Shown here in pieces: positions 38,109-51,039 of a DNA stretch of 64,000 bases. Origin of the DNA: Callorhinchus milii (lineage: Eukaryota); contig NW_024704742.1 of the NCBI RefSeq assembly GCF_018977255.1, positions 2,358,001-2,422,000 of the forward strand, written 5' to 3'. Both the position numbers and the translations under genes were made by a program. Positions within the stretch are counted from its first letter, which is position 1; every line of letters begins with the position of its first letter. The notes under the pieces were generated by a model that worked only from the letters and a program-made list of their open reading frames with translations, was not told the DNA's origin and made no database searches.

Positions 38109-39334
38109 CCTACCAACACAGCAAATACGCTCAGCAACATCTCTATTAGGTCGCTCTTGAATAATAACCTGATAAAATCTCTGTACCACGCCCCCTCTCG
38201 TTCTCCACAGCTTTTAACCATTCGGCTGCAATAATTTTACATTAGCCCCTATATCTGAAAGCCCCAAATTTAATTTCCTTGAGGATTTTGTCTTAAAATA
38301 CGGGCTGGTTAAATGGTTCAAAATAATCTTGTGTATTAGTATGTTCTAAAATCAATTTGACACTTCTTCCTGTTCTTTCCAGCCCATCGCTCTACTTTTA
38401 TCATGGAATTTTACTTTTCGGTCAATAGCTGTCGAGAGATTTTATCAATAGGCTCAAAGGGAGCCAGGGTCGAGGATCTTAATGGATTTTGTGTGTATAA
38501 AAATTCTCGGACGTTTTTTCTTCAGTGTAACTCTCTCGGTTGCTGCAATAGCTGGTTGTTCTCTCACAATGATGGATTAAGGCACTTACTGTTCAGAAAA
38601 ATTCATCAATTACTACTGCAGTCAGCTGAAGACCAAAGTAATAATAACAGTGGGGTAATAATAAGGACTCGGGAAGGGAAGCAACATCGACAGAGTTGAG
38701 GGAATGAATGGCCAAGCAGGCAAGAAGCTGAAAAAACAAACCGAGGGGGAACAACGTTGATTGCTCAGGAGCTCCTTTTCAGTTTGCATCTTGATTAGCT
38801 TTCACATCCACTGCATCTCCGCTGCGTGGACCAAAACTGACACACCAGCCTTGACATTTCATCAGCGGGCTGTTGGTTCAGTCCGATTATTTTTAACATA
38901 TAGTCAAATAGATTTGATGGTGCAGAAACATCAGGACAACAGGAAAAATAGCAAAGCTAGAATTGACTCAACATAGGAAGCCTCACCCAGCCCGAATACA
39001 GAAAGGATTGACAGATTGATAGTTCTTTCTTCGTTCTGTGGGTGGATATGCGTGGCTGTTATTACTTAGTGGAGCGATTTGTACGGTTAATTCTGATTAA
39101 GAATGACACTCCTCCGCGCTAGGTGCAGGAGTTCAGTGAGTGGCGTGGATTGCTGTATCAGAATCTTCTCATTTATTTTTTTAACCAGCATAAAAGTAGA
39201 GAAAACCAAAGGTCACTCAACGCAGCAGGGCAACGTGATTTGGTCCCATCATGGAACCCACTTGTGAACTCTCTACATTGGTATCTGCTGAATTGCAAAG
39301 GTTGTTTCCCTTCCCTCAATTCTCCCAGTTTTTA

Positions 39335-39545
39335 AATAATAATAATAATAATAATAATCCTTAAATGTGGTGTGGCACCTTTCATGCCGGGATGACCTCC
39401 CAAAACGCTTCACAGGATAGCACCCTAAAGTGGAGTGACTGGGTTTTGTGAGCGGATGCAACAGCCAATTTGCGCACAGCAATGCCCGACAAACAGCAAC
39501 GAAGTGAGTGATCAATTTTATTGGGGATTGTTGGCCAGGATGCTG
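39335..39545 (-). mobile_element. Deu-SINE 3' half
   Basis: (TAA)n, reverse 3' module, GATTGTTGGCCAGGA. Confidence 0.75.
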
Positions 39546-39999
39546 GGCGAAATCACAACTCAGCTGCATCAGCTCATATTTATTCAATTAACATTTATTT
39601 AGAGCCTTTCACACTGGGAGGATGTCTCAAAGTGACTGAGCAGAATATTTAAATATGTTCTTTCCCGGTATCTCCCTTGGACTTCCTTTTTCCAATATTC
39701 TACAAAGCTAATCCCATTTTCCCAGATGCTATATGTCAGATCTGCTCTCCTGTTTATTTCTATGTTGGTGGTGTCCAGCATCTAGGGTTTTGGATCCTCA
39801 TTTTAATTTTAATGTAATCAATCATCTTGTGGAAGAGAACAGCCACAGATGAAACTTGGAAAATTAAACCCTTGTGTGCCACGTTTCGTTTTATCACTCG
39901 GATCTAAATTCTGCAGTAAAATTTATGTAACTCAACCCTAACCAATTACAGTCACACACAAACCTTCATGATCCAGCATCACAGGTCCATGAAGTATCA

Positions 40000-40235
40000 T
40001 AATGATGATGATAATCATTACCATTTGGCATAGGACTTTTCACAGTAGGAGGACGTTCCAAGGTGCTTTACAGCATGTACTGTATGTGTTTTGTGAGCGA
40101 ACGTGAGGGCCAGTTTGTACACAGCAATAACCAGTGAACGGCCATGAAGTGAGTGACCAATTTTTCTTGGAGGATTGTTGACCAGGACATCGGGAGAAAT
40201 TCCCTTCTCTTTTGAAACGGTGCCGTGGAATCTTT
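40000..40235 (-). mobile_element. Deu-SINE 3' half
   Basis: Reverse 3' module to GACCAGGACATCGGGAGAAATTCCC..GTGCCGTGGAATCTTT. Confidence 0.75.
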
Positions 40236-42334
40236 TAAGTATTTGGACTTTGTATTATGAATTTACATTTATTCCTACTACCTCAATCCCGTTCCAAACA
40301 ATTGTTTTTAGAATGGACTTCATTGACAGTGACACTCATGAAGGATTTTCAGATATCTCTGTACATTATGCAAGTCAGAGAAATGCTGAGTGGATATGTT
40401 TTACTCCTTTTGTTTCACAAGCCATTTGTTGCTATAACCCGTATTGATTTTCAATAGAACTTGGCTAAATGAATTCACGAATGCAATAAAACTTTAATAA
40501 GCGGCACTAAACTTATTTTAACACGTTCCAGCTTGAGCGGTCCCGATTTCCGTGTTTGTCGCGGTGCACTTTATAATGAGGTGGAAACACAAAACTAAGA
40601 ACTTTTAGCATGCCTCGGGTCAAGTAAGAAATATTAACTAAGTTCGATAACTCTAAATAGGTGGGGACAACCCTCTCCAAATAAGTAGAATGGCCCTTTT
40701 AAACCTTGCTTGGCTGCCGCTGTTGAATCGACGATTTCTTATGACATTTTAATAATAGTTACTGCAACAATTTTTAGTCATTGTACCAAATTCTAACTTT
40801 CGTTTGCTGATTCCTTTGTTTTCTGGGCTTGATCAGCCCAAGAGCGGTGAAAATCGTGCTCCGCCCACCCCAGCAATAACTTGTAAGCTCTTCCGAGTTC
40901 TAGCTGGAGCCCAGCAGAACGGACACGAGGTTTTGTGAACACCAAAGATAAAACTCAGGCACGTCTCCTCCGTCCGGCGGCTGCGTGTTTGCCTTTTTTG
41001 ATCTGGTGAAGGAAAGGTGACCCTTTCGTGTCCCTATTCTTCCATCTCCCATTTAGTGTACGAAAAAATGAATCCTGCGATGAAAGGCAGAAAAAGATGA
41101 TTTCCTTGAAAGCTATATAAAAAAAATTACTGTGAGGATAAGGTGTAGAATAAAGCTGCACACCTGATCCCAAGCGTAAAATGAAAGAGCAACGAAGAAA
41201 GATTAAAGAAACGTAAGCTTCCGTCTTGACGGAACCCGTTTGAGGGGGAATCTTAAACAAAGTATAAGGAATATTTAATAGTGCAGATAAGGTAAACCAT
41301 TATCGTCTGTGACAAAAGCAAGATTTAGGATATTTTAATAAGACCGCCTCCAATTTGTGTTAAAAAATACCCTTCTAACTACATTCAAGGTCAAACGGGA
41401 ATAAATGAGGTTTATAGTGGCAGAGTTAGTGCACACTATCAAAGCTAACATAAGTGAAAACATAGAAAGGTGTCACCTAAAATTTCACATGGGAACGGTT
41501 TCATTCAGAATATGAATTAATTATCTGTCGGGCAGAATGCATATTTTTAAAGAGTTGCGGTGTTGACGCCCATAGTTTATTGGTTTCCATGCACTCACAG
41601 AGACTTGACGTGCAAAGCAGCAAAGCTTCCCACCTGCGGCATTTTGTGACAACTGTTGGCTGTGTATTTCCAAACAAGACCCTTGAGAATGTCTATTAGG
41701 AATATAATTGCATTATGTTTTCAACAGTTCAAGACACCGACTGCTCAATTAACAATGTGCCTAAGCAGAACATCTTATTGTCACAGCGCATCTTATTGTT
41801 ACAGAGCAAACCGAGCATTGAGTGTAAAATAGTCTGGCTCGGCCCAATCAAATGGATGTCGATGGACTTAACTTTGAGTTGACGTTCTGTCGGAGACGTT
41901 TCTGAGAGTGGGAAAGTCTGCTAAAGCCGGCAGACTTCATTAACATTTGAAAGGAGCCGCAATTGATGCTGTCTGTAACAGTGCGAATTCTGTAAACCAC
42001 AGCCTTCTGTGTCTGCTCCTGCTGATGTCTTCGCTGTGAATATATTGGTCTTTACAGTTGCTAGGTTCATACTCCTTCCGTTTTTCTTATTTAGATTTTA
42101 ATGCTCTATGCCGATGCAATGAGTTCATGTACCTAAGAGCTGTGCCACATTAGAGAGAATCATGAAAATAGCTGTGGTGATATTTATTAACCCACACCTA
42201 TGTACTAATTGACACTGGTAATTTAGGACCTTCTGATATGCAACAAGCGATCCAGGGATTCTAATAAGATTGCCTCAAATTTGTGTTAAAAAATGCCCTT
42301 CCAACCACATTTGATTTTAGTTGACGTCAAAGCA

Positions 42335-42595
42335 GGGTGAAGCAGTAATAAACAAGGCAAAGAAGATGCTGGGCTATATTGCTAAATCAGACTTCAGATC
42401 CCCAAACATCATACTCAGGCAGTAGATTGTTCTGGTCGGACCAGAGTACTGAATAAAGTTCTGGGCGTCGCAACATCAGGGGAGCTTTCCCAGCCCTGGA
42501 GGGACTACAGAGGAGATCGTTGAGGTTGACCCCCAGTGTTAGAGGAATGAGCTATGATTAGACACGTTGGGCTCTTCAGCCTTGAGAGACGGAGG
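42335..42595 (+). mobile_element. Decayed CR1 ORF2 fragment
   Basis: EAVINKAKKMLGYIAK...KFWASQHQ...LFSLERRR motifs. Confidence 0.7.
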
Positions 42596-42899
42596 TGGAA
42601 ATAAAATTGAGGACCTTTTTATTGGTCAGATGGGTACCTGATCTATTGATATTCTTAAGAGATTCGGAACCAAACTAAAGTTGGACCGCTCGTGTTTCCA
42701 ACGTTTACTTGTTTCTCTGGGACTCCCTCCGCACCTGTGTATGACGAACCGGAAGTGTACCGCACCTGGGAGTTCAGTAGGGCCCACAGTGAACCTGACT
42801 TGTATTACGGACCCGGGGTGCACAGCGGCGTGATATAACAGGGTTTGAACGTACTGAGAGTGCCAACGTATTTGGGGTCACTGTTCGCTTGGGATGCAG

Positions 42900-43060
42900 T
42901 GGGCACATTCTCCTCAAAGGGCTGCTTACCTCGTCCTGGAGAGTATGAGGCGCAGGTCAGCAAGAAGCCTGGCTGGGGCACCTCGGGGGGACTGCTGAGT
43001 CTATCCATGTCATTTGAAGTTACCTCTTGTGCCTTCTTGTGCACATGTCCCAGTGGCTAA
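42900..43060 (-). repeat. Unclassified dispersed repeat, inverted copy
   Basis: CTGCTTACC..GAGAGTATGAGGCGCAGG...ACTGCTGAGTCTATCCAT is the reverse complement of ATGGATAGACTCCAGCAGT...CCTGCGCCTAATACTCTC..AGCAG at 46870-46970. Confidence 0.7.
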
Positions 43061-44789
43061 TTACAGCGCTACATTAACAGAGGGCAAGGAGTCTTTCCTC
43101 TGAGCCTCTCCACCCATTTATCTGGGTGTCACGTGCACATCAGCCAATGTAAGTCAGTCTGGCTCAGTTGGCAGCGTTCCTGTGAAGAGCGTTGATATTT
43201 TGTTTCGTCCACGAAATTCACTTTACAGTGTATTGTGTGCAGCGCTTTGAGAGGTCTCGAGGACGTGATAAGGCGCTCTAGCAAATGCGAGGATGATTGT
43301 TATTATATCAAATGAAAATGTAAGGATTATTGTTTCTTTGAACTCACTGGATTTTAGGATTTGTTGAGCCAGTGGTGAATCGAGGAAAATATCTGCGAAA
43401 CTACTTTGAATGCGCGTTGCTGAGAAATTCCTTTCTGTTGGAAGAATGAAAAGGCACCATCAGCCTTGAAGGGTTTGGATCTGTTGCTCATTTGTTGATG
43501 AATGCAAACCTGCTAAATATCAGGGCTAAAAAACCTGTTAATGCAAACATATTCTGTATCAGAATTTCCATGATTGTTTGAGTGAATATCTGTCGTCAGT
43601 GACGACTGATCTGTATTTACTGTTCTGAATCTGAATCAGTTAAGTCACTTTGCCTTTCGGATTGTCCTCTGATCAGTGTGAGTGGCTGACAGAACGCTTT
43701 CTTTCTACACGGTATTAAGCTTTTCTTGCCACTGACTTGCTGTAAAGACAAAGATGTGGGAACCGTAATTATAATTAAGCGCCATTCATTGGATTTTGAA
43801 TTGAAGTGCAAGACATTTTGAATATTGCCTTGAAATAATGTCATTTTCTGCCTGGCAGTGGCGTGCCATTAAGCACATGGGTCCATCTTTGTGAGAAGGT
43901 CTTTCAGGAACGCTTGAGAAGTCAGCATTTTATGAGGTTAATAAGAGGCCTGAATTTAAAAATAATGTTTGAAAGTAAAGGAAGTCAGGGAAATAAAACG
44001 GAGGACAGAATACAATACAATATACATTTATGCCCCAGATAGCCACGGCAGCTGAGGCGAATGACTAAATGTACAATCTAAGAGGTCTAATTCCAGAGAA
44101 TAGGACAGTCTATGAAATAAAGCCAGTGTTAAATGCTAATAAAGTTGGTCCTTGTTGGTTTGTAACCGTCAGTGCGGTGATAGGAAAAATAACAAGTACA
44201 ATTTACATTTATATACAGCAGTAACTTTCAAATATATATTCATATATTTATATAGTGCTTTGCACAGGAACAGATTGAATCTTTGTATTTCTTGTTGCAG
44301 TAAACGTTGTTTGACGTGGTCTCAATCTGATGTTTGCCAATTCGGTTGTGAAAAATATTTTTTCCCCCTCTCTCGCAAGACACTTTGGGATAAAATGCTT
44401 AGCTGCAAGCTGGATGCATTGTTGCCTTGTTTGACATGACTCTGAAAGCATGTCCTTGGTGTTTACATCCTGAATCTCTTGCCTGCAAGTGAACAATTAT
44501 TTCTGACAAATAGCCTTTCAAGTGTTTGCGAGTTTTATTGTAATCAAATGTTGTTTCCCATGCTCTTTGCACACTGCGGATGGATAGAAACTTGAGCAGA
44601 AATGCTTTATGCAAGGAATGAATGGCGTGGACCTGGTGAAACATATAAGTGCAGGCATTCCCCTCAATTAGATTCCAAAGTACATTAAACCTCTACATGA
44701 AACTCCGTCTCGTTTGGATAGTCTTACATTTGGTGTAGTTCTTTTCGCATCAGGAAGACGTCACAAAGCAGGTCCTGACATAAAAATGA

Positions 44790-44930
44790 ATAGTCCTGAC
44801 ATGTGGTGTGGCGTCTTTCATGTTGGGAGGACACCCAAAAGCGCTTCACAGGATATACTGTAAAATGGAGTGTGCGTTTTCCGGGCAAACATGGAGCCAA
44901 TTGGTGCACAACACTGTCCCGCAAACAGCC
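44790..44930 (-). mobile_element. SINE 3' module
   Basis: CTTTCATGTTGGGAGGACACCCAAAAGCGCTTCACAGGATATACTGTAAA. Confidence 0.75.
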
Positions 44931-45539
44931 AGGTGGGTTTAGTATGTAGAATACCTCACTGCAAGTCTGAGTGCCAAAAAAAGACCATCACTATACTTAA
45001 TAGCATCCAAACCAGACTGAGAGACTTCCACCTTCCTACACGTGGAAATGTCCCTGTGCCTGGAATGGAATTTGCACTCTCTCCCTGGAGAGACACATCC
45101 TGTATAAATACATTGTTTAAAAGAGAATTTGTTAAATAGATGAGTATAAGGAAAGAACAACAATTGCATTACGTAGCACCATTAGAGAGCTAACATCAGA
45201 CAGACATGATGGGTTAATAGTTACCTTTTGCTCTCAAATTACAGCAATGTGCTGATTTACTTGAATGTATCCGGACGCAATACATCCGTGTTGGGTCTGC
45301 GTTAGAAGCTGGGTGAATTTCAACGAGTTCTGTAGGGAGACAGCTAAAGATTCGGGGATAAAATTCCACCTGGTTCTAGGTGCACTCTCCTTGTTTTTTG
45401 GTCAACCAGGTGTCTGACACAGGCAGGAGCCCATCATCATAGTTAAGTGTATGCAAACCAGACCGAGAGTTCCACGTATCCTCATCAAATGGAAATTTCT
45501 CTGTGTCTGGAAAGAAATGTTCATTGTCCCCCTGGAGGT

Positions 45540-45722
45540 AAAATCGGTCACTCACTTCACAGTTATTTATAGGGCATTACTGTGTGCAAATTAGCTGCCG
45601 TATTCGCCCACAAGATACACACAGACACATCACTTTACGGTATATCTTGTGAAATGCTTCGAGGAAACGTCTTGACGATGTGACGAGACGGTGTATCAAA
45701 TGCAAGGATGATTATTATTATC
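45540..45722 (+). mobile_element. SINE 3' module
   Basis: GGTCACTCACTTCAC...TATCAAATGCAAGGATG(ATT)n. Confidence 0.75.
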
Positions 45723-46429
45723 TGCAAATGGCAGTTTTTACAAGAAGATCTGTGCTCGTAAAAAGGTGAAGCATCAGCTTGTCTGCTGTCTTGTTTCACA
45801 GAGCTACATTTCGGGTTATAATCAATTGCACTTTAATTTAAGAAAAATTATTGCAGAATACATCAGCCATCTGTCAAGGCGTTATATTGTAAATAATCAG
45901 CCAAAAATGTCAATGATGCAATCAGCTATTTTTGTATGGTAAACCCACACATCACCCAGCAGTAACTAAAAGAGGTGTCCAATGATAATTTCTACTTCTG
46001 GTCCATATGCATTTATTATGGGTCGGGAATAATTTCCAATCTGGAACTGAATTATCCGGCTGTGCAAATAGGACAACATGTCTTCACACACAAAGGGCTG
46101 CAAGAATGCGTGATTAACTGGCCCCAAAAAGCTCCAGATGCAGAATTAAATGAGGTGTCTGAAAGGGAAACTCATTAGCACTTGGGAAGTAAGTGAATTA
46201 ATAGATATGGAGAAAAGGATAATGAATTGGATTACGATAAGCACCGTTTAAATCAGTTTCTTTGTTACTTCACCCAAAAATCCGGTAGTTTTCAGGATTG
46301 ATTTTTTTTTTTGCAATTAAAATAACAGAAGAAAATTGAGTGAGGGTTGGTATTAATTTAAATTATATGTAATATCCCCCCCCCCTCCTCTTCTCTCCTC
46401 TCCTCTCTTTTCCTCCCCACCCCCCACAA

Positions 46430-47040
46430 TGTACTTTTCAGCTTGGCCCCTGCCATCTCGAACCGTGCAAAACAGGTTGTTGACTACCAGGCCGCTCTTC
46501 CCGGGTATTCCCACAGTGATTTTACTCCTGGTGGAGGGGGGTAATTGGGGTCCTCTTGGAGCTGAACTGGCGATGTGCTTAGCAGTGGAATATCAGAATC
46601 TAGGCCAATCTTTGTGGCGGTCTCGGTCATCCGGTTCCTGAGCCAGGCGGGTCCTCAGTATTCCAGGGCACCTCTGAGGACAGCACAGCCCAGCCTGGCT
46701 CACCGGCAGGACCTGGAAGGACAGAGCAGTCAATGGAGGCAGGAACTCTTCCCACTCGGCTCCCGTTAACCCCGCAAGCCAAAGCCCCAACGGGGAGGGT
46801 GGCCTAACTGGACAAAAAGCAGGAAAGCTTGCTCGGCAATGCTCTCAATGGCAAGCTATGTGGGTTTATGGATGGATAGACTCCAGCAGTACCCCAATTC
46901 ACATTTTGGGGTCCCCAAGCCTTGGCTCTTGTCATCCTGCGCCTAATACTCTCTGGAATTAGATAAGCAGGATGCATCCCTCCTCCAGGGAGAGCGCGTG
47001 CATTCCATTGTGATACATGGGAATTTCCATGTGTATGTGC
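46430..47040 (+). repeat. Unclassified dispersed repeat, longest copy
   Basis: Homologous blocks at 17500-17772, 36290-36350, 42900-43060 (inverted), 48565-48960 and 54315-54425. Confidence 0.75.
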
Positions 47041-47334
47041 ATTAAACTGGTAATCCAGCCCTTGTATGCTGTTTGAATAACAATGTGGCTTATATGACTG
47101 ACTGTCTTAAAGGTTTTAACTGGTTTCAGACATGTAAACGGCGAGCTATTAATCTACAACAATGTTAAAACGTAATGACAAATATGTATCAACACCGTGG
47201 TACTCTGACGGCCACCCAGCAAAGGTTAAGAGGACCTTGATCTTGGGAGCAAGACAATACCAACTAGTCAGAGAATTTTGATGTTCACGGTTTTTGTAAG
47301 GCATGTCAGACACTTTTCTCGTTTAAGGCATTAT

Positions 47335-47560
47335 CAAGCGTTCAGCAACTACGCCCTTGGAACTCCGTACCTCTACTCTGTGTCTCACCCCCTCACCCCT
47401 CTCCGTCATTCTTTACGTCCCGTCTTAAACCCTTCCCGCTTTGACTGCATCTAGGATCACCTCCCTGCTTCTCTTACTCTGCTTGGGTCATCCAACACCC
47501 TCTTCGTGAAGCACTCTTAAGACGCTCTCCTATATGAAGGCCGTTACATAAGTGCGAGTC
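47335..47560 (+). mobile_element. Very degraded L2 3' end
   Basis: GCGTTCAGC..CCCTTGGAACTCCGTACC...TCCCGTCTTAAACCC, plus a tail variant. Confidence 0.55.
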
Positions 47561-48127
47561 GTTGGCTTAATTTACCAGTGAAAATATTTGCCTAGAGATT
47601 ATAAATAAGCGTTCAGAAATGAGAAGCACGAAACGAGAAGTGGAACGTTTAGAACGCGTTAAAGAAATCCTGAAATCAGCAAGCGTACAAACACAGCGAC
47701 AGTTATCGTTATGCTTGTAAATCCGATTCAAATTTAATTAAGCCGGTGAGAATGGCAGGGATGTGCGAAACTGAATGGAAATATTGGTTTCAACCCGTTA
47801 CTAAACTGAATAAAAATTCATCCACAAAGGTGTAACAATCCGCGACTCGGTTAATCAAACTAAGGCTAAACCGGTTAAGATTTAAATGATTGGCACCTGG
47901 TGATTAAACTTAAAGTTCAAAGTAAACCGTGGGAGCGGTTTGAGTCTCGCCTGAGCGATGAGATTAGTTGGCCACTTTCGATGCGCATTCATTTTATCTC
48001 CTGTTAATTTGAATTGATGCTGGAGCATTTCTTTATGTCAGTAAAGGCAGCCACTGCACCACAAATAGCTGCGTCTACAAGCCCGTGGGAGGCAGGAGGC
48101 AAGCTGTGTGCAGGTATCAACCAAACT

Positions 48128-48490
48128 CAGTTGGTAGCAATCCTGCCGGCTGATCAGAACTTGTGGGTTTCCACCTTCAGGACATTAACTCACGGTACCG
48201 ACTGTCCTCTGGTCATTATTCGGTGCAGTCGGAAATGACATGTCATTTCTCGGGTTGAAACGTTGACCTGAGGTTCTGCCTGTCTCTTTCAAGCGGACTT
48301 TCACAATCCCAGAACAAAGAGAGCAGCAGTTTCTCCTGGCGTCTTTGCTAACAAGAAATGTGTATTCACATCACGGCTGTGTGTAAACCAGCTATCAAAT
48401 TTCCCTACAAAAAGTCTCCCTACACTGATCAATTACTACTTGTCAAGCCCTTTGAAACTTTCAACACACAAGGCATGATAAAATGCAATT
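48128..48490 (+). mobile_element. Very degraded Deu-domain SINE
   Basis: CTCAGTTGGTAGC head; GAAACGTTGACCTGAGG, GTTTCTCCTGG core; TGATAAAATGCAA tail. Confidence 0.55.
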
Positions 48491-48564
48491 TTTTAAAATT
48501 CTGCCTTCCTCATGATAGAAACACACAAGTTCCTGGTACCTGCCACCCACCTTTTGAGAGCGCA

Positions 48565-48960
48565 AACCTGTGGTTGGCAGATGTCAAATGGACTATCCTC
48601 CTTGGGGGGAGGTCCGCAGGGTCTCCTTGGAGCTCAGTTGGCTCCAATGTGATGTGCTTGGCAATACAATGTCGGAATCTTCTTTGGCGGACTTGACAGT
48701 CCAATTTCTGAAGCAGGCAGGTCTGCAGGGCGCTGAACTTGAAAGGGCAGACAAGTCACTGGCTGGGGCAGAATTCTTCACAACTTTCCGTTAACCCTGC
48801 AAGCCAAATCCCCAAAGAATAGGATGATCCTACCTGGACAAGCAGTCGGAAGCTCTTGACAGCCTGCACCTAACACTATCCGAATATGGATAAATTGATG
48901 GAGGAGCCCTCTAGGGAGAGAGGGTCCATTCAATTTGAAGAGAAATTCCCATTGTAAATG
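48565..48960 (+). repeat. Unclassified dispersed repeat, diverged copy
   Basis: CTTGGAGCT..GATGTGCTT..TCTTTGGCGG..CCGTTAACCCTGCAAGCCAAATCCCCAA matches 46550-46795. Confidence 0.7.
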
Positions 48961-49406
48961 TGACATTTGTAGAACTCTGATGGATTTGAAAGCTCTAAAT
49001 TACAGTGATGGGTTTTTATTGGATTTTTATTTATTGCTGTATCTCTATATATTTTTCCTCTCCTTTTGCTTGTGATAGGGATTCAGTGAAGCTTTTCAGA
49101 ACTGCAACATTCCCAGATTTTGAAACTGGTGGAATCCATTCAGACGAGTGTGTTTCTCCGGCCCAGCACTGCTTTCAGCTTTTCCATTTGTGGGGAACTG
49201 GGATCTGCTAGGAATTCAACACAACGCTTGAACAGAAAGTATTAGGGACAATTAATCTGATACTTCTGATTTACCTTGTATCTGTCAATCAGAGGAAAGT
49301 AGTGGTTTATGCTTGATCTGTCAACCGTTGGGATTCAATTAACTAGCGTGTATATCGTTTAGCTGCTGTTCAAAATTCACAGTGATGGCTGTGAGTTGGA
49401 AGGAGG

Positions 49407-49407
<1 letters not shown>

Positions 49408-49436
<29 letters not shown>
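49408..49436. repeat. (TG)n microsatellite
   Basis: Direct reading. Confidence 0.95.
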
Positions 49437-49439
<3 letters not shown>

Positions 49440-49887
49440 CGTGTATGTATTTGGAAAAGTGACTGGCAGCTTCAGTCCGCACCTCAGTGAAATGTTGAGC
49501 TGCCTGTGAAAGTTCACCAACTGTGCCACCACCGTGAATTACTTCAAGAGAGGAACTGAGGGATTGATGACCGTGGATCGGAAGATATCAGTGAAGCTCC
49601 TCGGGACAATCCGATCACTCAGGAAAGCCAAATGATACTTTTCTGCCTGGACACACAACCTGCTGCCGGGCTGGTGTGCTTCCAGGAGAATGGCATTGAG
49701 GCACAGAACCCATGAGTGATGCGGCAGGAAATCAAACCATTCTCGCCCGAATAAGACTGGCGGGAAGTTCAGATTTCACTTTTAAGGTTGTTCCCGGGTT
49801 CTTCGTTCCAAGACGATGTAAATCCTCTGCGCAACCAGTCTAGTTTCCAATGTTCTGCTGCGCAGCGAAATAATGAAGCCAAATGTC

Positions 49888-50045
49888 ACATAGAATCACA
49901 GAATCCTACAGCACAGAAGGAGGCCTTAAGGCCTATGGTGCCTGTGCCCGCTCTTTGAAAGAGCCATCAAATTAGTGTCACTCCCTCCCCCTCTCTTTCC
50001 CCGTAGCCTTGGAATTTTTTTCTTTTCAAGTATATGCCCGATTCC
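49888..50045 (-). mobile_element. CR1 3' tail
   Basis: CATAGAATCACAGAATCCTACAGCACAGAAGGAGGCC...GCTCTTTGAAAGAGC. Confidence 0.75.
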
Positions 50046-50199
50046 CTTGTACGGACTTAAAAAGTATACATTCATTTTATTTCCCATTTTGAGCACCCAG
50101 TAGTTTCAGGATAGGTGGCAGTGTCGTTTGCGCTCTGAGACGCTGTCCGGCATGGAGGGCGCTGTCTAAATACAAGTTGTTGCTGTTGTTGTTTGCACC

Positions 50200-50535
50200 C
50201 GTTGGAGTACCAGGGCAGCATTGCTTTATAGGAGGTGCCATTCTTCAGATGAGACATTGAACCGATAGCCAGTCTGCCTTTTCAGCTGCATGTTAAAGAT
50301 CCCATGACTCTATTCGAAAAGAGAAAGGAGTTTCTTCCAGGGAAACCTGCTCGACAATTCCCCCGAAATAAAATCATTCCTTCGCTTCATGGCTGTCCGT
50401 GGGGCATTGTTGTGCTCGAATTGTCTTCCCGCGTTTACCTGGAGAGAGAAAAAAAAACATCCTGTGAAGCACTTTGAAACATCCTCCCAATGCGAAACAC
50501 GCTATATATATATCAAAATGCAAGGATTATTATTA
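50200..50535 (+). mobile_element. Deu-domain SINE, 5'-truncated
   Basis: GGAGGTGCCATTCTTCAGATGAGACATTGAACCG...GTTAAAGATCCCATGAC...ATGCAAGG(ATT)n. Confidence 0.8.
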
Positions 50536-51039
50536 CAAATCGTACACTGCAGTGATAAATGCAGCACAAATGGGTACACATGAATTTAAAAATGATTGCA
50601 GTAATATGATAAATCAAAGCTAAAATACTGTTAAGCGTGCCAGTGTTTTCTTTCTAATTGAAGTAAATTTGCCGACAACCTGTCCGAATACTTAAGGTAT
50701 AGTAACCCACAGATTTGAATATTAATGACACACAAAAAAAGACCAATACCAGAAAGCCAGATTAAAGGCTGTTGCTAAGATACTGTCACGGTGATTCTTT
50801 AGTTACATCCATTATACGGTTTCTGAACCTAGAATTCTCTGGTGTTCAGACCTCCCCATATTTATTTATATTCCTGTTTCAATTTGCTGAATTTCACCCA
50901 TGCAAAGTGAAATGTAGTGGCCTTGAGAACACTTGTACGCGCAGCACAATAAGAGAGGCAGACACACAGTGAGAGAGTAATCATTGAAGGGCTCAATCGC
51001 ACTGTTTGTAGTGGAGCTCTGCCTTTGGTGAGCGAGGTG

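Noticed and set aside
42785..42830. CACAGTG heptamers as V(D)J recombination signals (also about 18440, 46512, 49378, 50965)
   Set aside because: No ACAAAAACC-like nonamer at 12/23 spacing and no Ig/TCR V or J coding segments.
42700..42900. GC-rich, exon-like stretch (TPSAPVYDEPEVYRTWEF...)
   Set aside because: No convincing splice sites; it abuts repeat fragments on both sides and may belong to them.
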